A DNA stretch of 63,746 nt, counting the filler, from Octopus bimaculoides (Eukaryota), in assembly GCF_001194135.2 (NCBI RefSeq). It is 5 parts of 4 records of this genome, joined end to end, with 100 filler letters (N's around TTAATTAATTAA, not from the genome) between each part and the next. Parts side by side here need not be neighbours in the genome. Positions count along the whole stretch, not along the records: positions 36,508 to 56,558 come from NC_068984.1; positions 56,659 to 61,392 come from NC_068994.1; positions 61,493 to 63,746 come from NC_069000.1; 2 more parts are not named here. One strand, written 5' to 3'. Position numbers and translations under genes: made by a program. The notes beneath the pieces were generated by a model. The model saw only the letters and a list, made by a program, of their open reading frames with translations. It was not told the origin of the DNA and searched no databases. Positions 53,901-63,746 of this stretch are shown in pieces. Position 1 is the stretch's first letter. Each line of letters starts with the position of its first letter.

Positions 53901-55930
53901 GCTTACATTCTACATGACTATTGATACTTGTACATGTTTTAGAATTTATTGCTAAGATAAATTTTGTGCAAAATAATTGCACAAATCAGGAGATAACTAC
54001 CAAATGCTACTGCTTGAACAATCTAAGGAGAACACATTGACTGTTGCATTATGTGCAGTCACTGAGTAAATTAATATAATAAGTACAAAAGTTTGAAATA
54101 GCCAGTTGTAATTCTATCAAATTTAAAAGAGATTTCAAACCATCAGTGTCCAGAAAATCTGTGATGTATCAATACTTATTAACACATTATTATTTACATA
54201 CAAGTGCATAGCAGCTGTAGTGTATATGTGTCTTTCATCCAAGTCATTTTGGAAAGTACACTTATTATAATAGAAAAGAGAACATTAAGCTACAACATAA
54301 GACAAAACAAACTTTGCTTTTATTTTCTACTGATTTTTTTTCAACTTGTTTTTAAACAAGATGAGAGAAGTGATATAGTTCTTCTTTCTTTTAATCTTTT
54401 TCTTTGTATGTATCTTATTTGTTTCAGTAGCACTCAAAATGATCAAAGAATGTACTAAAATAAAATAAAATAATAACATTTTTTATAATCATATTTCATT
54501 TTTTTTTTGTTGATATTTACTATATATGCACTTGAATTTCAAATAATGTAAACTTCATTAATTAATAGAATTTGCTTCCATTAAAAAAAAAAATCATAAT
54601 TTTTGATTATTGTTTCTTTCAGAAATTTGAATAATTTTATCAATATTGTAGGAAAAAAAAAAAGAAAGAAACAACAGCAACAATGATAGACATATTTGTA
54701 TCAAAATAATGTTTATATATGTCAGCATACATAAAAACATATCTACAAAAATAGCTGTTGGAACTTGAATAATTTGAAAGAGTGATGGTAGCATAACATA
54801 TATTGCAGAGCATTCTGTACACTGTATATATTTGCCAATAGCCTTCCTACTAATATGGAATGAAGACAGAACAAAGGTTGAATACAAGACAGCAATACGA
54901 AAACATTGATACAAATATGAAAGACAAATTCAGTTTGCCATAACGACACAATTAGGTTTTGATTTTCTTTGAGATATAAAAGAAGATCTAAAATCAAATG
55001 GTGCACTAATTAGAAGGATCATTAAGGTCCATTTCACTTTTGACTAGCCAGTAACCTTGCTTGGTTTAATGTGTCTCAGATAATTTATCAAAGCACTGGT
55101 CAATTAGTTTATTAAACAATTGTCTACTGTGTTGCTTGGCCTTCCTCAAGTTCCTCAAGCTATTCTTCATTAGATTTGTGGAAGATTTCTACATTCTTTG
55201 GCATCTAATAGACCTGAACGGAATAATCTATTTGATGTTTTAAGCAAATAAAAACAAATCAAATATTGATATACTTGCAAATATATATATATATAAATAT
55301 ATGTATACACACACACACATACATATCATGTATATAATTGTTTTATTGTTTTAATTTATTTTTATTTCTACAGTAAATGTTCCATTGTGATAATACATCA
55401 ATATGTAATATATTTATGTAAATTAGACCTAGTAGCATGTGTGTGCCATTTAGAACTGAATTTAAAGAAATTCTATGGCAGAGAATAGTCTCTCAAACTA
55501 TTGTATTAAACAATGAAATTATTGCACTTTTAGTGCTGTTTTCTCAGAGAATAAAGCTTTAGTTTGCAGCATTGATAAATATTTTAAACCTAAAATACAA
55601 AGCAATAATGGTATTTAACACATTCACAATGTCTTGCATTTTGAAAAGGGAGTATGTAAATCCTATAATTGTTCATCTGCTATTATTGACCATGAAGGCA
55701 CATGACTTCGTGGTTAGGGTGTTCAGCTTATGATCATAATGTTGTGAGTTCAGTTCCCAGTGATACGTCATGTCCTTGAGCAAGACTTCACTTCTATATA
55801 CACAGACATGACAGAATTAAATAGACATTCCATAAAACATCATTTTATGTTTATTTTAACCTGGAAAGGGTCTATATTTTTTATTAATTGATATTTTTAT
55901 GTCTCAGTTTCTATATGTGACTGTTTAATC

Positions 55931-56400
55931 ATGCCATGTACAAAAGAGGCCTTGGAACTGTCTGAATTTCAAAGAGGCTGTATTGTGAGTCAATCTGAAG
56001 GTGAACTCAGCAGAAAATTGCAGATCAGCTTGGGATTCTGCTTTCTACAGTTAACAGAGTGATTGTACAATTCACCAAACAGAGGAAGGAGTCCACATTA
56101 CCTCGCCCAGATCAACCAAGGTCCTCTAAAAGGACCCTTCAGTTTGTTTAGAGAAGTGTGGAGGACAATCCTTGTTACTGCAAGGCCTCTAACATAGCAG
56201 AACAAGTTGATGTCAGTTGTCAGGTATCTCCACAAACTTGGCTACTATGGCAGAACAGCAAGAAGAAAGCCACTTTTTCGACCAGCCAATTTCAAGCAGA
56301 GAAATGATTGGGCCAGTGTGATGGTAGAGAGTCCACTAGCATTTTGGGAGACTGTCATATTCTCTGATGAGTCCAGATTTGTTGTATTTTCTGACACTGG
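55931..56400 (+). mobile_element. Tc1-family transposase relic, 3'-truncated
   Basis: ATG at 55931, then ELSEFQRGCIV, QKIADQLGILLSTVNRVI (HTH), LHKLGYYGRTARRKPL and WETVIFSDESRF (first D of DD34E). Frameshifted; ends at a TA repeat and gap. Confidence 0.88.
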
Positions 56401-56460
56401 TGTATGTATATGTATAAGTGTATATATATCTATACATATGTATGTATGTGTATGTATATA

Positions 56461-56505
<45 letters not shown>

Positions 56506-56524
56506 TATATATTATATATGTATA

Positions 56525-56558
<34 letters not shown>

Positions 56559-57114
56559 NNNNNNNNNNNNNNNNNNNNNNNNNNNNNNNNNNNNNNNNNN
56601 NNTTAATTAATTAANNNNNNNNNNNNNNNNNNNNNNNNNNNNNNNNNNNNNNNNNNNNTTTCAAAGGTGTAATCGCCGAAAAAAAAAAGTATGGATGTAT
56701 GAAACACGTGTACCAATTGTAAAGTATTTAATTCATATATAAATATATACACCCTACATAATCATGTATTGAGTACCTTTTGTTGGGCGGCAGCAGTTAC
56801 GAAATCCTTCCTTCGAAATAATAGCCGCACACGTGTGTATATGTGCGTGCATGCATACATGTGTGTATTTTACTGTGAAGATCTGTACGTTTCTCACACA
56901 AAGACACAAACATATTTTTAAAGAGACTACACGGGCCCCTTTCATATTTATCGCAATGTGTCTTATGACATACATTCATATACAACACCCAACCTCAAAG
57001 ACCGAACAGGCACGCACACACACACACGCACGCACGCACGCACACACACACACAATACATTTTTTTTTTGACACACACGAGAGAAGAAAGAGAGAATAAT
57101 AAAAATAAAAAAAC

Positions 57115-57149
<35 letters not shown>

Positions 57150-57189
57150 CCTCAACATCAAGCGAGACTCGTAAGCGCACAGTGGAATA

Positions 57190-57480
57190 CAGGGGCGGAC
57201 GCATACATACATACACATCTCCGAGTGAGCTATATAAATCTCACGTAGACATCTTCCAGAGAGAGAGAGAGAGAGGAAGAGGAAGAGAAGGTGTAATAGC
57301 AGAAAGGGAGAGAAATAGAATGGAAGAAAGAAAAAGTGAGTGGAGAGAGAGAGAGAGAGAGAGAAAGTCTGCAGTACAAAACCAAGGCGCTTGTTCGCCC
57401 GGTCGGCCCAGAAGGGTAACGAAGCGTGGAGAAAGGGAAAAGGCAGCGAGTTTGGTCCTTAGTGGGAACCCAGAAAGCTA
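57190..57480 (+). promoter_or_regulatory. Candidate promoter and non-coding first exon
   Basis: GC box GGGCGG at 57193-57198, TATATAAA at 57231-57238, GA-rich leader with clustered CpGs, and donor CTA|gtaaga at 57480/57481. Motif evidence only. Confidence 0.35.
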
Positions 57481-58916
57481 GTAAGAATAAATAATTAGTA
57501 CAGTTAGCTGTGTGTGTGTGTGTGTGGTGTGTAACGTGAGGAAAGAGAATAAATAAGATTGAAAGAGACGTTATAAAACTATTAATACACATCTATATGT
57601 ATATAAATACAAATATTACACACACATTAGTACTTTAATATTTTCGCACTTGAAGCCATAATTATACACACAAGTAAATACAAAATATAGATGCTTACAC
57701 ACACACACACATACATACATACATACATACATCTACACTGTATACGCAATGTTTTCTCTAAACAGTCATAATACATATTTTATATATAACAAATAATCCT
57801 ATTTTGCGGGGAGAGAAGGACAGAAAGAGAAAAAACACACAACTCATTTGAAAACCCGTTTCTCTTAACAGTCTCAAAATTAGTGGCCGTAATGTCTTAT
57901 ACCAAAACATTCACTTCCGAATTATACAGGTTCCTGCGTACCCACACAAACTAACTAAAGACACTGCATAGAAAATCTTGCAGAGTATTCTATTTATATA
58001 TTAAACATTAAAAAATACATCAAGTACAACTTACAAACACACAATTCGACCGCACTCGTAACACCATAAGTAACTTTAAAATACGATTTTTAAAAATACT
58101 TTTTCCTGTTTCTTTTTTTCTTTTAAAAATGACTTCAAATAATTTCATCTGAAGAAGCGAGATAACAACATTCTGGCATGTTGTCATAGCCAGGACGACG
58201 ATGACGATGATGATGATGATGATAGTGGAGGTGGTAGGGTTGTGCGATGGAGTTTGGTTAGATAGGATTAATGCTCAGTTTGAACTAATGCTGAACAGCA
58301 TTTCCCGGTGTGTGTATGTGTGTAAATTTGTATATCATGCTGTTGGGTATAATCAGGTCAGCCACGATCGAGCAGAGACACGTTCAAGCCTTGCTCATTT
58401 TGCTTTTTAGTTTCAGACATAGTGTACCCAGCACTCCATTTCATCCATTGCATCCTAAAATGGCAGAACGTAAATGGAGAAAGGTTTTTTTTCAACCAAA
58501 CAACTATGTCTAAACCAGGTCAACGTTCAGACAAAAATCAAATAGGTTTGCAGAGGTAAACTCTCGGGTTTTCATTTAGACAAGTGTCCCTACCACTATA
58601 TTATCGAGTGTGATTACAGAGAGATTTAGCTACAATATCTAGCATATTATACGACCAACAAAGAAAGGGGAAAGTCCATCGCAATGCGCAGATTTTATTA
58701 GCTTCCATGTTGAAGACAGTGCCAACACACACATACAGATCTCCGACGGGCTTCTTTCAGTTTCCATCTGCCAAATCCACTCACAAGGCTTTGGTAGGCC
58801 CGAGGCTACAGAAGTCACTTGCTCAAGCAGTGATATATATATATATATATATGATTGACCGTTGACTGAACACTATTCAATTTTTTTTCTCCGTGTTTTT
58901 CTCCTTGTCTCCGTAT

Positions 58917-58953
58917 TCTTTCTGTTGAAGAGCGTAGCTCGAAACGTCAAAGA
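58917..58953 (+). ncRNA. Candidate minimal type-I hammerhead ribozyme-like motif (variant core) in a PLE-terminal-repeat-like segment
   Basis: TCTTT-CTGTTGA-A-GAGC-GTA-GCTC-GAAA-C-GTC-AAAGA: stem I TCTTT/AAAGA, stem II GAGC/GCTC, palindromic ACGT stem III and a GUC cleavage triplet. The core deviates from CUGANGA. Confidence 0.5.
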
Positions 58954-60529
58954 CTTTTTCCGTATTCCCGAGCGTCATACTAATATATCCTTTTGTTATT
59001 TACACCACCTGTCCTCGTCTGTTGTTATTATTTGTATATTCTCCCANNNNNNNNNNNNNNNNNNNNNNNNNNNNNNNNNNNNNNNNNNNNNNNNNNNNNA
59101 TATATATATGTATATATATATATATTTCTTCATTGCTTACAAGGGGCTAAACATAGAGGGGACAAACAAGGACAAAAGGATTAAGTCGATTACATTGACG
59201 CCAGTGCGTAACTGGTACTTATTTAATCCAACTCGAAAGGACGAAAGGCTAAGTCGACCTCGGCGGAATTTGAACTCGGAACGCAACGGCAGACGAACTT
59301 CCCAACCACACGGTTCCGGCTTTCAGTCCCGTCGACCGAAGCCTTATAAGTGGACTTGATAAACAGAACCTGAAAGAAATCTGACGTGTCTTTGTGTTCG
59401 TCGCCCCAAACCATCGCTTGACAATCCGTGTTGGTCTACGTTCCCGAACTAGCGGTTCGACATAAACGATCGATAGAATAAATACCAGGCTTTAAACAAA
59501 ACAAACAAACAAACAAGTACTACGGTCGATTTGTTCGACTAAATCTTTTCAAGGCAGTGCCCCAGTATGGCCGCATTCCAATGACACAAAAATATATATA
59601 TGTACAAACATATGCCCACATATACATATATACACACACATACACATGTGTATGTACAACACATGTACATTTATGTATATACATGTACGACATACACATG
59701 TACATAAATACACGCGTACACATACATTTGCATACATATATATATATACTGCTTTGCTGAGACGCGTGCACACATACATTGGCACACACACACATACATA
59801 CATACACACACGCGTACACATACATTTACAGATAGAGTGCTTCGCTGAGATCCTCTACCCGTCTCTCTCGAGTTTAGTGACGACGAGAACGAGGTCAGTC
59901 TGGTGCATACAATGGGGGAAAAAAAAAGATGAAAAAAAACAACAACAAAAAATAATGCCATGTAAATATAGACGAGTGGGTGTGTTTAGTTCATTGAATA
60001 AGATACACATACATGTAATGTTATCGATATGCAGATATTAATTGTGTGTGCATGTAAAATTGATTAGTAAGAACGACCAAATCTTTTGAAGCCGAATGGT
60101 ATATACCGCCATCATTGCTGATTAGTAAAGAGAGAGCATGTGTGTATGTGTGTGTACAATTAATAATAATTAGATTCTGCACAGGTATTGAGTTCCAATG
60201 TTCAGTCACTGTTGCGAATATGTCTTGTTGTATTAAAGCATATATTTTTAACTGAATAAAACACACAAACCTAACAACCGGACACGACATGGCCCGTCGT
60301 CGAACCCATACAGGCGTGGAAAATAAACGTAAAAACGAATACACACACACACAAACACAAACACACATATATATATATTGTGCTTACTTTTATACCGACA
60401 CAAAAGCAACCTTAAACTTACAAGCGCAACAAATGGAATTTTTGAAAAAAAATCGTTACAATCAACCGTGTCTTGGAAAAGGTGGTGTACCATAGCATGG
60501 TAAAGATTGAAACCAGTGAAGATCGAGAC

Positions 60530-60930
60530 CAGTAAACCCTTTTACTTGTTTCAGTCATTTGACTGCGGCCATGCTGGAGCACCGCCTTTTAGTCGGAGAA
60601 ATCGACCCCAGGACTTATTCTTTGTAAGCTCGGCACTTAGTCTACCGGTCTGTTTTACCGAGCCGCTGTGTTAAGAGGACATAAATAAACACACCAACAT
60701 CGGTTGTCAAGCCACGGTGGTGGTGGTTGGGGACAAACACAGACACAAAAGCACACACACACACTATACATATCTACGACGGACTTCTTTCAGTTTCTGT
60801 CTACCAAATCCACTCACAAGGCTTTGGTCAGCTCGAGGTTATCGTAGAAGACACTTGCCCGAGGTGCCAGGCAGTGGGACTGAACCTAGAACCATATGGT
60901 TGGGAAGCAATCTTCTTACCACACAGCTAG
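60530..60930 (-). mobile_element. tRNA-derived SINE of a second family; other copies at 17222-17330, 32597-32750, 43872-44020, 58720-58830 and 59295-59490
   Basis: Shared ctgtgtggtaag...caaccacatggttc...caaagccttgtgagtggatttggtagac...gaaactgaaagaagccc. Confidence 0.78.
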
Positions 60931-60992
60931 ATGAAATTTTTTTGTAAATATGCAATGCCTGCACAATTGACAGAATATATGACACGTGTTTT

Positions 60993-61195
60993 CTTCCTGT
61001 TTCTGTTGTTGTGCCTGTAATTTAAAGGGTCAGCCTTGTCACACTGTGTCACGCTGAATATCCCCCGAGAACTACGTTAAGGGTACACGTGTCTGTGGAG
61101 TGCTCAGCCACTTGCACGTTCATTTCACGAGCAAGCTGTTCCGTTGATCGGATCAAGTGGAACCCTCGACGTCGTAAGCGACGGAGTGCCAACAA
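60993..61195 (+). mobile_element. 5'-truncated copy of the SINE at 39078
   Basis: About 200 bp of near identity to 39257-39455. Confidence 0.88.
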
Positions 61196-63013
61196 AAATT
61201 TGCTGGGGCAACGCCCTGCAGAACCCTAGTTGAAAGAATAGACCCGGATCTTTTTTAAAACGGGGGCCACATTTTTAATTAATGTTTTACGTAGTGCTTT
61301 TGGTACCGAAAGACTTTCAAACTTCGTATACTTATCTATTTTGTGTTATAGAACAGATAAATATTTTTGTATTCGAATTTATTTCATGTAAANNNNNNNN
61401 NNNNNNNNNNNNNNNNNNNNNNNNNNNNNNNNNNNNTTAATTAATTAANNNNNNNNNNNNNNNNNNNNNNNNNNNNNNNNNNNNNNNNNNNNATATATAT
61501 ATATATATATATATATAAAACACTCACAATTTCGTCCTTGAATTAAGGTTAATTTGAAATAAGCTACAAAATAAATCTTACAGCCATATCAGATTTCATC
61601 ATAGCCCCATCACTTTCCTTTTGTAATGGTAGGTTGCATATGCAGCTGCGCATGCTCTGTACAGGTTAAACACATGTCGGTCGTTTTAACCATCTAATTA
61701 TGCCACATCTCTAACAACTGAATTAAAAGAAAAATTTCAAGATTTACCAACGTCCGTATTCTCTGCAATTGTTTAGAATTTACACTCGGGAAAATATTCG
61801 TAATCCACAGAAGCGAATGTGAATTTACCCATCAGAATAATTCCAGGATTGTAAAAATTGGTAATCTTTAATGTTTATAGCAGCGTGACGTTGTCAGCCG
61901 AACCCTTATTTTCGTTTATCTGAAAAATATTCTTCACACTCCAACATACGATCATGAATGCTATTGGGCGTAACGTGACAGTCACAACATCCCAACCTTC
62001 TTACACACAATATCTGTTCTTGTTCTGACTATATTTGCTCTCTTTGCTCTGACTTTTATGTGTGTTGTAATCGTTTTACATGAAATGTATTCAACTTTTA
62101 GGAATTATACTTTCTTCGAATCTGGTATGTTTACGTTGTTGAGTGAAATAAATCGTCGTCTTTGATGATCGCTGCTGTTAAAATGAAGCAATTTTTCTGG
62201 TTGATTTCATTTCTTATTCTTGTATCTCAGCGTTTTGTGTATGATGTGAGTGTTCTGTGCATCGAGTTTCATTTTGTCTTATTTTGTGGAGTGGTGGAAG
62301 GTTTGTGACATAGATTTAGGTTGGCAGGACCAATACTTATTTCTACTGTCTTTTGAAGGATTGATCGTGTAAATTCCACAATCACAAAAAGTTTAAACAA
62401 GCATTTTGTGTTATTTCTACAGTAGATGATAAATAAGTTTTATAAGATGAGAGGCAGAAATGAAACGGAAAGCTTCCCTGATTAATAACGGCAAAGAGAA
62501 TCGTTTGTGTAGAAGTAACTGGTTCTTGTTGTTGAAGCGATCGTGTAATTTCTGTGCAAAGTAAAGTTAGGGTTCATGGTCCTTGTCAGAATACGAGTTG
62601 TAATCTGAAAACCAAGATGTCTGAGATAGTAGCTTCAAGTATTAGGCTTTCTAAGGCTGTGCATGAAAAGATGATATAATTCTATGGTGGTACTTCATTT
62701 GGGGGTTTGCTGAATCATGATACAGAAGACGAAATGCTGTTAAACGAAATAACATTTTATTTCAACGTTAAATTTGGTAAGCTGAAATCTTACAAAATGG
62801 TTTTTAGAATTATTCCAATAGGTTTACATCGTTTTATGGGGATATTTTTCACATTCTATGACGCCTCTTTTGTATAGTTTTCAATATTTTCAGAAAACTA
62901 GTACATCTGTTTATTTTAACGATAGACATAATTTAAAGAAAATAGGTAAAAATTTATTTTGTTTCTTGCATTTCACAGACATATTTTCATAAGGAACCGA
63001 ATTTAATTTGTAT

Positions 63014-63513
63014 TCAATATTTACTGCACACAACGCAGGTTAATTCCTGACCATTGACATACGGTGGACATGGCAATGAACCACAAACAGCCTGAACGAA
63101 ATATAATAAAGCTCCATTTTCGTTTCTGTAACCAGCTGGATCAGCTTCTGGTGCATAGTCCACACACACATATTCATGTCTGCCCTTATGGCTATGACGC
63201 TCGGCCATCAAATATCCGGAATACTCAGTTGTCCAACCAGGGTAACACTGTGTCCTGGCTGGTAACATCATAACAACAGCAGGTTGTCGTGTCAAACAGA
63301 CAGCACACGGAACGTTGTGCTCATGAAGTGATTTAGCGTTAGCAAAAGAAAAGAGTTTATTAATTGGGTACAGGTCTAGTTGATATTCACTGCCATAAAT
63401 GTAACCACCTTTTTCAACTCCGGTAGTATAATTGGCCCAAATAGGATCGTTAGGTAGACATAAGAGATTACTTCCGCCACCTGTGTGGTCATACAATTCT
63501 CCACCAGCCACAC
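63014..63513 (-). CDS. Short-chain collagen C4-like C-terminal domain protein, last coding exon; upstream exons lie beyond the window
   Basis: Acceptor (accaatactag) at 63515-63514, then an open frame (G)VAGGELYDHTGGGSNLLCLP...YIYGSEY...HNVPCAVC...MMLPARTQCYPGWTTEYSGYLM...YVCVD..PE...GALLYFVQAVCGSLPCPPY..GQELTCVVCSK*. These are hallmark motifs of the invertebrate short-chain collagen C4-like family. AATAAA on the - strand at 62958-62953. Confidence 0.9.
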
Positions 63514-63746
63514 CTAGTATTGGTAAGAATAAATCAAGTAAAAATGATATTAAACAAAATTATATATGAAATACCGGAAAGATTCATTACAACAGTCATG
63601 TTTACTCACGTGTGAACGAATTGTGGAGTATATGTTAGTGCTTATGTGAGTGGAAGCTGCGTGTTGCTGAATGCATGATTTCGTAGCTGTGCATTTGCGC
63701 ATTTGCCTGCCTTCTCTTCATATATATATATATATATATATATATA

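Noticed and set aside
54731-54846. Possible - strand exon (EGYWQIYTVYRMLCNICY... or KAIGKYIQCTEC...)
   Set aside because: Poor polypyrimidine tract, ambiguous frame and no recognisable homology.
56364-56385. CTGATGAGTCC hammerhead-like start
   Set aside because: It is the Tc1 coding sequence for SDES and has no matching GGAC-GAAA.
61620-62680. Possible decayed LINE coding region on the - strand
   Set aside because: Coding-like composition, but I could not identify any diagnostic motif.
1-63746. CRISPR arrays, rRNA genes or prokaryotic operons
   Set aside because: None seen. The sequence is intron-containing animal DNA, and its repeats are microsatellites and transposon-derived.

Overview
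Eukaryotic, very AT-rich, microsatellite-dense draft-assembly DNA with many N gaps. The SINE/LINE families present suggest an octopus (coleoid cephalopod) genome, which is an inference from repeat appearance only. Two protein-coding loci are supported. (1) A + strand transgelin/myophilin/MP20-type gene (one calponin-homology domain plus one calponin repeat), rebuilt here from four coding exons (22193-22267, 23192-23265, 24003-24207, 27944-28126; 178 aa); its 5' end is unresolved. (2) The last exon of a - strand short-chain collagen C4-like protein (63014-63513). Most of the rest is decayed mobile DNA: Penelope-like (PLE), R4/Dong-type and RTE LINE relics, Tc1 and pogo/Tigger transposase relics, TTAA-flanked MITEs and many tRNA-derived SINEs. 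Almost all ORFs in the supplied track are microsatellite or repeat artefacts. Most interesting: a compact variant hammerhead-ribozyme-like motif (58917-58953); hammerhead remnants in an inverted PLE terminal repeat (37571-37908); stacked foldback elements just after the transgelin stop codon (candidate dsRNA/ADAR substrates); a long CpG-depleted block implying an unseen transcription unit; and a candidate unannotated gene start at about 57.2-59.9 kb. Repeat boundaries are read by eye and approximate.
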